From contig JBHYGA010000005.1 of assembly GCA_051859245.1 (NCBI GenBank), positions 32,001-96,000 of the forward strand: DNA of 64,000 bases. Direction: 5' to 3'. Position 1 is the stretch's first letter. Each line of letters starts with the position of its first letter. A program made the position numbers and the translations under genes. The DNA comes from Gemmatimonadaceae bacterium. Its GTDB lineage: Bacteria; Gemmatimonadota; Gemmatimonadetes; Gemmatimonadales; Gemmatimonadaceae. Below, piece by piece: positions 32,619 through 42,609 of this stretch. The notes below the pieces were generated by a model. The model was not told the DNA's origin. It saw nothing but the letters and a program-made list of their open reading frames with translations, and searched no databases.

Positions 32619-34715
32619 TTACTCTCCCTGCGGACGACGACGGAACGGCAATGACGGACCGTCACCCATGCGCGAGTTGCCACGGTCACCGCCACGCGCA
32701 TCCGGACGCGGACGTGCGGCGCGCGACAACGCTTCACCACGCGACGCCCATTCACCGCGCATTTCCGTGCGCTCGGACGGCGAACGATCGCCGTACTCGC
32801 GACGCGCGGCATCATTGCCGAACGAACGCGGGCCGCCATCACGCGGCGAGCCGCCACGTGCACCATCACGAGGCGCGCCACCACGCGCACCGTCGCGCGG
32901 CGGACCACCGCGCGGTCCATCACCACGCGGCGCATCACCTCGCGGACCACGATCAAAGCTGCGCGCCGGTCCACGATCCGATCCGGCACCAAAACTACGA
33001 CCGGCGCCCGCACCCGGACCACGGCCCGGTCCACGCGGACCCGCAGCCGGTCCACGACCTTCACCACGCGGGCCGCGGCTCTCGCCACGATCTTCCCACG
33101 GCTTGCCACCACGTGACGCACCGCGATCTCCACCACGCTCACGCGGCGGACCACTGCGCGGACGCTCGCTACCACGATCCGCACCACCACGTGCACCGGC
33201 GAAGCCGGCGTGTCCGCCCGCTCCACGATCATCACGGCGCACATGCAACTGGCGTCCACGCAACGTGACGCCGGTGAGCTTTGCAATTACCGTTTCGACG
33301 GAATCACTCGCGATCTCCACGAGTGCGTGTGATTCGAACAGATCAATGCTGCCAATGCGATCGCCCGGCAATCCAGACTCACCAGCGATGGCGCCGAGCA
33401 AATCACCAGGGCGCACGTTGTCGCGCTTGCCCACGTTGAAGAACACGCGCGTTGTGCCGCTGTTCGCGGCCGATTCACTCGCCGCTGCTGCAGCCTGGCG
33501 AACAGGTGATGCAAACACCGCACGATTGGCGAGCGCGCTGCCCTGCGCAATGCTGAGCGCACGTCGCGCGTCGTCATACAAACGTACCGCTGCGGCCGCG
33601 ACTTCCACGGGATCAAACTCGTCGAGCAACGGCGCAACAAGCGCGAGATCCGCAGCACCAACGGTGCGCATATCGGTGAGTGCACCACGCATGGCGCTGA
33701 TCACCGCGTCTGCACCCTTGGCCGTTTTTGTCTGCGCGATTTCCAGCGTGAGCGGACGCGCGGCACCACCACTGATTGCGGTCATCGCCGGCACATCGCT
33801 CGGCTGAATAAAGAACACCGCTTCAACGGGCTGACCAGCGAGCGCACTCGCGAGCGCTTCGGCTGACGACGGCATGTCCCAACCAATGACGGCGGCCGTG
33901 TGACCAAGCGGCGACACGCGCACAATCTGCGTGGCACGTCCGTCAACACGAAGACCAAGATGTGCGAGCGCTTCTGCTGCCTCAGCCTCTGCCACATCAG
34001 TGCTTGCAATAACTGCAAGCGATGGCGGATCACGTTCATCAAGGAATGTGCGCAGCGCAGCGGTGCGTGCAGCCGGTGCGGTGATGAGATAGTGCGGCGT
34101 CACATTGAACGACACCGACATTGCCTTGACCAACGGTGTGATGTGACGCGCCTTGGGCAGATAGCGCTCAAGGAACTCTTTCACATCGCTGTCGTCTTCG
34201 GTGGCACTTGATACAACGCGCACCGCGCTCGATGGAAGGTCGGTGAGCAGCGCTTCGATGGCGTCGCGCGTGCCCTGTTCGGCGAGCATGACGTCGATGC
34301 CGAGCAATACAACTGCCTGGAGCGATTCCATCGACATGGCCGACGCGCGGCGCAGTGCCAGCAAATCAGCTGGGGTGCCAACTACGATCGCAACCGGACT
34401 CGTGGCCAATACACGCTTGGCGCGTGCGGCCGCAGTGACCGGCACAACACGAAGTGTTGGTGCGTCGAGCAAATCACGCGCCTCAGCGGCGGCGAGATGT
34501 GTCGCGGCGGCACTCGGCGTAATCACGAGGCAGGCCGGACCGGAGGGGGCGCCGCCCTGGCGGCTCCGCTCAACGCCGGGGCGAAGAGCTGCTTGTACAG
34601 TGCGCGGTTCCATCGCGCCCATCACGACCACATGCTGGCTGCGCGTGCCGCCAGTAGCCCCGGACTCCACGCCCGTTGCGGTTCCTACCCGTTCGTCGCC
34701 CACGTCCCGCTCCAT
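32619..34715 (-). CDS. Degenerate DEAD-box-like protein with DbpA/CsdA RNA-binding domain and RGG-rich tail
   Basis: Remnant motifs ITPS, VVGTPADL, SSAT; DbpA domain RVFFNVGKRDNVRPGDLLGAIAGESG...IGSIDL; no GKT or DEAD. Confidence 0.85.
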   Translation of the reverse strand: MERDVGDERVGTATGVESGATGGTRSQHVVVMGAMEPRTVQAALRPGVERSRQGGAPSGPACLVITPSAAATHLAAAEARDLLDAPTLRVVPVTAAARAKRVLATSPVAIVVGTPADLLALRRASAMSMESLQAVVLLGIDVMLAEQGTRDAIEALLTDLPSSAVRVVSSATEDDSDVKEFLERYLPKARHITPLVKAMSVSFNVTPHYLITAPAARTAALRTFLDERDPPSLAVIASTDVAEAEAAEALAHLGLRVDGRATQIVRVSPLGHTAAVIGWDMPSSAEALASALAGQPVEAVFFIQPSDVPAMTAISGGAARPLTLEIAQTKTAKGADAVISAMRGALTDMRTVGAADLALVAPLLDEFDPVEVAAAAVRLYDDARRALSIAQGSALANRAVFASPVRQAAAAASESAANSGTTRVFFNVGKRDNVRPGDLLGAIAGESGLPGDRIGSIDLFESHALVEIASDSVETVIAKLTGVTLRGRQLHVRRDDRGAGGHAGFAGARGGADRGSERPRSGPPRERGGDRGASRGGKPWEDRGESRGPRGEGRGPAAGPRGPGRGPGAGAGRSFGAGSDRGPARSFDRGPRGDAPRGDGPRGGPPRDGARGGAPRDGARGGSPRDGGPRSFGNDAARREYGDRSPSERTEMRGEWASRGEALSRAARPRPDARGGDRGNSRMGDGPSLPFRRRPQGE

Positions 34716-35006
34716 TCAGTTGTCTAACAGCAATGCGCACGTCCGCCCAGCGGGCGTGCGGAGAGCACACACCGTAGCGTGTACTCCTCAAGGATCGGCC
34801 TGCTCGTCAGGCCTGTTGGGTGGAGGCAGCCGTCTCGACGCCATCGTCGTGACGATCCCCGCTCCACCATTGGCGCCATCGTGTCCGGCGCGTGTAACTT
34901 CAGCGCCATCACGGCGCATCTACGAAAGATAGCCGATTCCCCGCCAACTCTCCATGTGTCGCCCGAGCCGGATTTTCACCCGGATGGGCGCAAACCCCGT
35001 TTTGCC

Positions 35007-36200
35007 ATGTCGAGACCGTTCATCCCGTCGTCCAACATTGCCCGCCTCAAGGAATCGGCCACGCTGGCGGTGGCCGCAAAGGCGCGCTCCCTCAAGGCGG
35101 CTGGTGTGCCGGTCATCGACCTCGGTGCGGGCGAGCCCGATTTTGATACGCCGGCGTTCATCCGACAGGCGGCGGCCGCCGCCGTAGAGGCGGGCGCCAC
35201 GCGCTACACCGCCACAGAGGGCATTCCGGCACTGCGCGAGGCCATCGCCGCCGATGCGAACCGGCTTCTTCCGCCGGGCGCCGAACCATTCACCGCAGCC
35301 CAGGTGGTGGTATCGAACGGCAGCAAGCAGTCACTGTTCAACGCGTGCATGGCGTGCTTTGGCCCGGGCGACGAAGTCCTCGTGCCCACCCCCAGTTGGA
35401 CGAGCTACTACGAAATGCTCGAACTGGCGCGGGCGACGGCGGTACCTGTGATGGGCGATCCGGCCAACTCGCTCAAGGTGACGGCTGCCATCCTTGAGGA
35501 ATCGAGCACGCCGCGCACACGCGGTGTGATGCTCAACTCGCCGTGCAATCCAACCGGCGCCGTGTACACCAGGCAGGAGCTCGAGGATATTCTCGCGTTG
35601 GCGGACAAGCACGCGTGGTGGGTGATCTCCGACGAGATCTATTTGCGCATTGCATACGATGCCCCGGCGACCTCGGTGCTGCAGTTGGCTCCCGCGCGCG
35701 ATCGCTTGATCCTGATTAATGGCGTGGCGAAAGCGTACGCCATGACGGGGTGGCGTATCGGCTGGGCGATTGCGCCGCTCGCCGTCAGCAAGGCCATGAT
35801 CGCGGTGCAGTCACACACGACGTCCAATCCGGCCGCGGTGTCGCAGCACGCGGCGCTGGCGGCGCTCACCAATCTCACGGCCGCAGATGCCGCCATCAAC
35901 GACATGGTGCACGCGTTTCACCGTCGCCGCGATGCCGTGCTCAATGCGCTCGGCGATGTAAAACAATACGCCGTGCACCCCGCGGGCGCGTTCTACCTGT
36001 ACATCGACGTGTCGTCATTCGGTGGTGACGATCCCGGCGCAAAGTTCTCGGGCGCACTGCTCGATGAACATCAGGTCGCCGTGGTGCCAGGCAGCGCGTT
36101 TCTTACGCCGCAATGGATTCGCGCGTCGTACGCGTGTGCCGACGAAATCGCGGTCGAGGGCATGCAGCGCATCGCGCGCCTGCTCTCGGCCGGACGATGA
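35007..36200 (+). CDS. aspC: Aspartate aminotransferase (class I PLP enzyme)
   Basis: GEPDFDTP, NSPCNPTG, SDEIY, KAYAMTGWRIG. Confidence 0.93.
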   Translation: MSRPFIPSSNIARLKESATLAVAAKARSLKAAGVPVIDLGAGEPDFDTPAFIRQAAAAAVEAGATRYTATEGIPALREAIAADANRLLPPGAEPFTAAQVVVSNGSKQSLFNACMACFGPGDEVLVPTPSWTSYYEMLELARATAVPVMGDPANSLKVTAAILEESSTPRTRGVMLNSPCNPTGAVYTRQELEDILALADKHAWWVISDEIYLRIAYDAPATSVLQLAPARDRLILINGVAKAYAMTGWRIGWAIAPLAVSKAMIAVQSHTTSNPAAVSQHAALAALTNLTAADAAINDMVHAFHRRRDAVLNALGDVKQYAVHPAGAFYLYIDVSSFGGDDPGAKFSGALLDEHQVAVVPGSAFLTPQWIRASYACADEIAVEGMQRIARLLSAGR

Positions 36201-36223
36201 TCTTTGATACCACCGGAGCATCC

Positions 36224-36502
36224 ATGATCACCACCATCGTACTGATTCAGGCCGATCCGAAGCGCATTGCGGAATGCGCCAACACTCTGGCGGGCATTGA
36301 AGGCGTCGCCGAGGTGTACTCGGTGTCAGGCGCGTGGGACCTTGTGGCGATTGTTCGCGTGGCGGATCTGGAACGCATTGCCGATGTCGTCACTCGTGAC
36401 TTCGCCACGGTGCCAGGCATTGAACGCACGCAAACGCTCACGGCCTTCCGCGCCTACTCGCGCAAGGATCTCGAGCAGGCGTGGGATATTGGTGTTGAGT
36501 AG
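36224..36502 (+). CDS. Stand-alone Lrp/AsnC ligand-binding (RAM) domain protein
   Basis: VAEVYSVSGAWDLVAIVRV...GIERTQT; GGAG RBS; no HTH. Confidence 0.88.
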   Translation: MITTIVLIQADPKRIAECANTLAGIEGVAEVYSVSGAWDLVAIVRVADLERIADVVTRDFATVPGIERTQTLTAFRAYSRKDLEQAWDIGVE

Positions 36503-36509
36503 TTGCTGA

Positions 36510-37514
36510 TCAGAAGTCGCAGCGATTACCGGTGAAGCGAAACACTTCACGCCACGCATCGTTCTCGAAACGCAGCGCGGTCGTGAACAGCGGCGCCAGC
36601 TCGCGTTCTGTGAGTCCGAAAAAGATCTCCGGCACACCGTCGTTGTCCACGTCGAGATAGTCCAGATATTCGACGCGCGGCGCGGTGCCACGATTACCCA
36701 CCGTTGAAAACGTGTACGTGGGTCGATAGCCGTAGGTGCCCTTGTCGAGAATCACAATGAGCTGTCGCGGACGTTCGCCAAACGAACGCACGCTGTCGGG
36801 CAACGGCGAGCGATCATTGTACTCCACCAGCAATGACGAGCCGCCATTGATGCCCGTGGGTATCTGATGCACGCGGCGTTCGTAGCGAGGCAGCTGCGAT
36901 GCGCCCACACCGGCGGCCGGTGCGACAAGCGTGCCCACGTTGGCGAGCGCGCGGGCGATCTCGGCCTGGTCAAGCGTTGGTCCATGCTTCAGTGGCGGAC
37001 GCTTGCCATTGGTTGCAAACGGCGGCAAACGCGTGTCTACCGTACCCGTGAGCAACGACCGTCCCATCGGAACAACCACGGGACAGTTGAGCGAGTCGAG
37101 AGCCGCAACACCGGGCTGCCACATGCCGCGAAACATGCGCATGTCGGTCTGCGCGCGGTTTTCACCGTAGGGCGTGAGTGTCTTGCCGGCGTGCATGAAG
37201 CTGGCGTCCACCCGCCGCCAACCACGGCTGGAGAGCTTGAGCGGGCGAATCCCCTGCGCGCCAATCGTGCCGATGGGGACAACCAACGCGCCGCCCGCAT
37301 CGGGAATCACGCGAAACAGCACCTCAGGATTCGAGGCCAGCAGCAAGCTGTCGCGCGTCCACCGCGAAACCGTTGGATCACCACTGATCGCACGACGAAT
37401 CGGCCCGCCTTCGTCGCAGGCGCTCGCAACCAGTACCATCGCACTGAGCGAGCCGAGGGCCATGGTGCGGCGCATCGATCGGGGTATCAGAGTCGCCGTG
37501 AACGGCAAGGCCAT
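36510..37514 (-). CDS. Hypothetical lipoprotein
   Basis: Lipobox VASAC; C-terminal DVDNDGVPEI Ca-binding (FG-GAP-like) motif. Confidence 0.75.
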   Translation of the reverse strand: MALPFTATLIPRSMRRTMALGSLSAMVLVASACDEGGPIRRAISGDPTVSRWTRDSLLLASNPEVLFRVIPDAGGALVVPIGTIGAQGIRPLKLSSRGWRRVDASFMHAGKTLTPYGENRAQTDMRMFRGMWQPGVAALDSLNCPVVVPMGRSLLTGTVDTRLPPFATNGKRPPLKHGPTLDQAEIARALANVGTLVAPAAGVGASQLPRYERRVHQIPTGINGGSSLLVEYNDRSPLPDSVRSFGERPRQLIVILDKGTYGYRPTYTFSTVGNRGTAPRVEYLDYLDVDNDGVPEIFFGLTERELAPLFTTALRFENDAWREVFRFTGNRCDF

Positions 37515-37784
37515 AAGAAATCAGGAGAGACGGGGAAGAACGGCTGTCACAAGAATTACGGATCGGCCGGGTGTTTGTCACTGGAGAGGCGTCACAGTTC
37601 CTTCGCGCTGCGAATCGTGCGGTACCCCGGAGCCAGCCAGAAATGACGATCCAGACCACCGCAGGCCACGCTCAATCCAACGGCGGAGCCTGTCGTCAAC
37701 ACTGGGGTACAGCTCCTCGACCGGTCACCGGCCGGACCTCCCCACTGGCGCGTTTGTTTCTCGTTGCACAATCTCCGCCCAATC

Positions 37785-38771
37785 ATGCATGCTGTGACTC
37801 ATTGTTCCGTTCGCCTGCACGCGCGCGCAGTGGCGCTGCTGCTCACCTGTTCGGTCCTGTTTTCCGCCGCCCTCGGCGCACCACTCTCCGCGCAAAGCAC
37901 GGCGGGGGAAGCAAACTCGCGACGGGAGCGATCGAGCGGTGACGGAACCAGTCGCGCGATCTCGCTGGTCGTGCAGCCGCAACGAGCCGATGTCTTCCGA
38001 CTGCATCTGCGACAGGATATCGAGATCAGTGGCACCAAGCGTGAAGCGCCGGCCATGCCGGGTGAGCGGGTGACACCAACCGTCGCGAGTGCCAAGCAAC
38101 GAGCCACGGTACTTGGTCCTCGACGCAACGCCACGCCCACGCGGGTCACGATCATGGACTTCTATGCCAAGTCCACCGTTGAAAAGGTCGACGCGTCGGG
38201 TGCGGTACTGTCGGCGGTTACAGATTCATTGCTTGTGCGCTCGGGGGAGCTCGGGGAAAAGCTTCGTGCCGAACGTGTGCCAGTTGCCGCAGGGACGGCG
38301 CCCACGCGCATTCGCGTGAAGGAAAACGGCGCCATGGTCAATCTCGATGCTGCAACCGGCGTGACCGCGACTCTCGCCGCGATGCCCGCCTTGCTCCCCG
38401 ACCAACCGGTACGAGTGGGCGATCAATGGGAGCGCGAAATTGCGATTCCGGCGCTGCCGCTCACCACGTACCGAGCGGACGGTGTGCTGCACGCTGTCTT
38501 CACGCTGGACTCCACGTCGCGAGGCGGTCGGGATGCGCATGTCTCGGTCACCGGCACGCTGCGACGGGACGGATCGGCGCGCGAACTGCCGCCAGGTTCG
38601 CGTGTGATCACGGCAGGCGAGATGAGTGGATCGCTCGTGCTCGATCGGCAACGGGGCTGGATCATGGACGCACGCACCACGATCGACGTGCAATCCGAAG
38701 TGGTGGCCGCCGACGCGGCTCCTGCCATGCAACTCGGCATTCGTATCACACAGCGACTTCGGGTACGCTGA
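37785..38771 (+). CDS. Hypothetical secreted beta-rich protein
   Basis: Signal peptide ending LSA-Q; LPDQPVRVGDQW motif; long open frame. Confidence 0.7.
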   Translation: MHAVTHCSVRLHARAVALLLTCSVLFSAALGAPLSAQSTAGEANSRRERSSGDGTSRAISLVVQPQRADVFRLHLRQDIEISGTKREAPAMPGERVTPTVASAKQRATVLGPRRNATPTRVTIMDFYAKSTVEKVDASGAVLSAVTDSLLVRSGELGEKLRAERVPVAAGTAPTRIRVKENGAMVNLDAATGVTATLAAMPALLPDQPVRVGDQWEREIAIPALPLTTYRADGVLHAVFTLDSTSRGGRDAHVSVTGTLRRDGSARELPPGSRVITAGEMSGSLVLDRQRGWIMDARTTIDVQSEVVAADAAPAMQLGIRITQRLRVR

Positions 38772-38856
38772 GCGCGCAACGCGTCCGCGTTCGGCGTGGT
38801 GCGTTGGCTAGTTTTCACGAGCACGCCGCGACACTTCGCACGCCCTGCCTCAATAC

Positions 38857-40119
38857 ATGCGTCTCGTACACCTGTCCGATCTGCATCTCGGTTTCCGACA
38901 GTTTCAGCGTCAGACCCCAACCGGTGTAAACCAGCGGGAGGCTGACGTTGCGGCCACCTGCGCACGCGCGATGACGCAGATCATTGCCATCAAGCCAGAC
39001 ATCGTGCTGGTTGGCGGCGACGTTTTTCATCAGGTGCGGCCTCCAAACTCGGCCATCCTTGACGCGTTCCGGATGTTCGCGCAGTTGCGTGCGGCGTTGC
39101 CCAATACGCTCATCGTGATGATTGCCGGTAATCACGACGTGCCGCGCACCACAGATGCGGGATGCATTCTGCAGCTGTTCACCGAGTTGAATGTACGCGT
39201 TGTGTTTCGTGGTGCGGAACGCATTGATGACGCGGCGCGTGACGTGTCCGTGCTGGCCGTGCCCTACGCACCACCCGGATTGCCGAGCTCGAACGGCGCG
39301 GTCGCGGTGCCGTCACACGTGTTTCAGATGGATGCGCGTCGCAAGTACAACGTGCTCCTGCTGCATGACGAAGTACGCGGTGTGGTGCCAACGGCTGCGC
39401 AGCCCGGCGATCGACTGTACACGCCCATTGATCCCGTAGACCTTGAGCGCGAGCCGTGGGACTACGTGGGGCTCGGCCACTATCACGTGTACCGACGCAT
39501 CGAATTGCAGCACGGCGCAACCCGACGGGCCATTCCGTGCTATTACAGCGGTTCACTCGACTACACGAGCACGAATCCGTGGGCCGACGTGCGTGAGGAA
39601 GTGCAGCGCAACGGTGCAAGCGCAGGGCAGGGCAAAGGCTTCATCGAGCACAATCTTGAAACCGGTGAACACATATTTCATCCGGTATCGGTGTCGAGAC
39701 GCCTGCTGGATCTGCCCGCGATCAACGCGGCTGACTGCACCGCAGCCGAACTTGATGATCTGATTGCGACCACACTCTCGCGAGCCGGTCGTGCACTGGA
39801 TGATGCGATTGTGCGACTCGTCGTGCGCGATGTGTCGCGGCATGTGGTGCGTACGCTGGACTATGCACCGCTCCGCGAAGCACGAAAGCGCACCATGCAC
39901 TTTCATCTTGACACACGCAAGCCGGAAGTGCTCGAGTCTGCCAGCACCGGTGGCGCCCCAAGCCGTCGCGCCACGCTGCGCGACAGACTCGCGGCGCGTT
40001 TGCAACTGCGTCCGCTCGCGCCGGGGCTCGATCGGGATCGGCTTGTACAACTCGGGCTGGCGTATCTTACGCGCGCCGAAGACGCCGCTGTAGCTGCGCT
40101 TCCCGTGGCGGAGGCGTAG
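38857..40119 (+). CDS. sbcD: SbcD/Mre11 nuclease
   Basis: Phosphoesterase motifs SDLHLG, GGDVFH, GNHD, LGHYH. Confidence 0.93.
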   Translation: MRLVHLSDLHLGFRQFQRQTPTGVNQREADVAATCARAMTQIIAIKPDIVLVGGDVFHQVRPPNSAILDAFRMFAQLRAALPNTLIVMIAGNHDVPRTTDAGCILQLFTELNVRVVFRGAERIDDAARDVSVLAVPYAPPGLPSSNGAVAVPSHVFQMDARRKYNVLLLHDEVRGVVPTAAQPGDRLYTPIDPVDLEREPWDYVGLGHYHVYRRIELQHGATRRAIPCYYSGSLDYTSTNPWADVREEVQRNGASAGQGKGFIEHNLETGEHIFHPVSVSRRLLDLPAINAADCTAAELDDLIATTLSRAGRALDDAIVRLVVRDVSRHVVRTLDYAPLREARKRTMHFHLDTRKPEVLESASTGGAPSRRATLRDRLAARLQLRPLAPGLDRDRLVQLGLAYLTRAEDAAVAALPVAEA

Positions 40120-40122
40120 CCC

Positions 40123-42609
40123 GTGCGACTGCATGCGCTCACGCTGCGCAACTTTCGGCAGCACGTCGACACGCACATCACCTTTGCTGCTGGTCTCACC
40201 GGCATCATTGGCGCAAACGGTGCGGGCAAGACCACAATTCTCGAGGCGATCGCGTGGGCGTTGTACGGCAACAGCGCCGCCCGTGGTACGCGCGAGTCCA
40301 TTCGCCACGCACGCGCGAGTGACAGCGCTCCCGTACGCGTTGAATTGGAGTTTGAGCTTGGGGCGCATCGCTACCGCGTAGAGCGCACGCTGCGTACCGC
40401 CGAAGTGCGGCTTGATGGCGGCGCCGAGCCGATTGCTAAAACCATTCGTGGTGTCAACGAGCTGTTGCAGCGCAAGCTTGGCATGTCGCGCGCGGAGTTC
40501 TTCAACACGTATTTCACGGGCCAGAAAGAGCTGGACGTGATGGCCGCGCTTGGTCCGGTCGAGCGCGCTCGGTTTCTGGTTCGCGTGCTTGGCTATGATC
40601 GACTTGGTGTGGCGCAGGAAATGTTGCGCGAGCAGCGGCGGACCCTCATTGCCGAGTTGGCCGGATTGCGGAGTGGCATGCCGGATCGCGATGAGGTGGA
40701 TCAGCGCGTGATCGATGCCGATATCGCGCTGGCCGCCGCGCGTGATCAGGGGGAACTCGCCAGTGCCGCGATGTCCGAAGCATCGCTGCAACTCGAGCAG
40801 GTGGCTCCGGTGTGGAAACACGCCGAGCAGTCGCGCGAGCGCTGGGTTGCGCTTGAGGCCGATCGACGTGTGCTCGTGGAGCAGATTGAAGCGCAAACGC
40901 GAGACCTGAATCGTCTGCAGCGTGAACGTGACGCCGCACGTGAAGCGCGCGAGGCGGCAGTGCCACTGCAGCGTGAAGCGACCGCGTTGCCCGGGCTGCG
41001 TGTGCAGTTGCAAGCGCTGGATGCACTCGCGGCCACGGAGAGTGAGCGACGCGTGATTGTGGAGCGGCTTCGTGCGTTGCGCGACGACGACGCGCGACTC
41101 GACGAGCGACTCTCTAAACTGCAATCGGCTCCGCAGTTGGAGATTGAGCAACGCGGCGCGCTTGATGCGCTGCGCGTATCGCTCGCCGAGGCGGGCACGT
41201 TGCATGACGACGCGCGCACCACCTGGGCACGTGATCGACAGGAAGCGGAAACGCGACTCGACGCATTGCGTCTGCAGCAGGACGAACTCACCGTCCAGCA
41301 AAAGGCGCTCGAGGGTCTGGGTGAGGAAAGCCCGTGTCCAACGTGCGGCCGTCCGCTCGGCGCGTCGTTCCGCGATGTGCTCGCGCTTGTGACCGAGCAG
41401 CTCGACACCGTAACCGTTGATGCGAGCTATTACCGGCAGCGCGTGCGCGAGCTGGCGTCGGTGCCGGAGTCCGTGACGGAACTTGATTCGCGACGTGTGG
41501 CCATCCAGCAGGAGATCACGGCTGCAGAACGGCGATACGCTCGAATTCAGGCCGCCCTGCTTGAGCGCGAACAGCTCACGCCGCAACTGCAAACGTTACG
41601 TGACCGAATCGCTGAAATCGCGGCCCAGTTGGCCACCTATTCATCTGATTACGACGCCGCTTTGCATGCCAAAGTTCGGGCCGATGTGGTGCGTGTGCAG
41701 GACATTGCGGCCAGAGCGGCCCAGCTCCAGGTCTCGGCCGATCGTGAACCGTCCGTGCGTGACCAGCTTGAGCAAACCGATGTTGCGCAACGGGCCGCGC
41801 AGCTGCGCCTTCGCACAATCGATGAGGAGCGGGTCGCGCTGCACTTTGATGCCACGCGTCATGAACAGCTGCGCGCCGAACACGCGGAGGCAACGCGACG
41901 CGTGCACGAAGCGCAACTGCATCACTCGGAGTGCCGAGGGGCAGTGAAGCGCGCGGAGCAGCAGCGGGAGGCCGCCTACGCGGCGCGCAAGGCCCTTGAG
42001 CAGCTGTTGGTTCGCGCCGCCGCGCTCGAGAACGAACGCTCGCTGCACGATGAGCTGGATGATGAGTACGCCGCACTTCGTGAAGAGCTGAACGATCAGC
42101 TGCGTCCTGAACTCTCCGAGCTGGCGAGCGCATTTCTTGAATCGCTCACGGATGGGCGCTACGCCTCGCTCGAACTGGATGAGAACTATGCGGTGCAGGT
42201 GCTGGAAGACGGCCTGCCCAAGACCGTGCTCTCGGGCGGCGAAGAAGATTTGTGCAACCTCGTGCTGCGTCTGGCCATTTCACAGATGATCGCCGAGCGG
42301 GCCGGTCAGCCGTTTTCGCTGCTTATACTGGACGAAGTATTTGGTTCACTGGATGAGTCGCGTCGCGAAAATGTACTGGCGCTTCTGCGTCGCTTGCACG
42401 ATCGTTTTGAGCAGGTGATGGTGATTACGCACATCGAAGACGTTCGCGAGGGCTTGGATCGCGTGTTGAGTGTGACCTACGATCAGGAAACAGGGAGTAG
42501 CCGGGTGCAGGCTTCGCTTGGTGGCGCGGCCGGTGCTGAGGCCGCTGCGTGGGAAACCGAGGGTGCCGAGCTCCGCGCGCGCGGTGCGTTGGACGAGGCG
42601 CAGGCGTGA
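40123..42609 (+). CDS. sbcC: SbcC/Rad50 SMC-like ATPase
   Basis: GANGAGKT, coiled coil with CPTCG zinc hook, LSGGE, LDEVFGSLD. Confidence 0.95.
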   Translation: MRLHALTLRNFRQHVDTHITFAAGLTGIIGANGAGKTTILEAIAWALYGNSAARGTRESIRHARASDSAPVRVELEFELGAHRYRVERTLRTAEVRLDGGAEPIAKTIRGVNELLQRKLGMSRAEFFNTYFTGQKELDVMAALGPVERARFLVRVLGYDRLGVAQEMLREQRRTLIAELAGLRSGMPDRDEVDQRVIDADIALAAARDQGELASAAMSEASLQLEQVAPVWKHAEQSRERWVALEADRRVLVEQIEAQTRDLNRLQRERDAAREAREAAVPLQREATALPGLRVQLQALDALAATESERRVIVERLRALRDDDARLDERLSKLQSAPQLEIEQRGALDALRVSLAEAGTLHDDARTTWARDRQEAETRLDALRLQQDELTVQQKALEGLGEESPCPTCGRPLGASFRDVLALVTEQLDTVTVDASYYRQRVRELASVPESVTELDSRRVAIQQEITAAERRYARIQAALLEREQLTPQLQTLRDRIAEIAAQLATYSSDYDAALHAKVRADVVRVQDIAARAAQLQVSADREPSVRDQLEQTDVAQRAAQLRLRTIDEERVALHFDATRHEQLRAEHAEATRRVHEAQLHHSECRGAVKRAEQQREAAYAARKALEQLLVRAAALENERSLHDELDDEYAALREELNDQLRPELSELASAFLESLTDGRYASLELDENYAVQVLEDGLPKTVLSGGEEDLCNLVLRLAISQMIAERAGQPFSLLILDEVFGSLDESRRENVLALLRRLHDRFEQVMVITHIEDVREGLDRVLSVTYDQETGSSRVQASLGGAAGAEAAAWETEGAELRARGALDEAQA

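Noticed and set aside
39553..41592. 679-aa minus-strand ORF
   Set aside because: Antisense shadow of sbcD/sbcC, typical of GC-rich DNA
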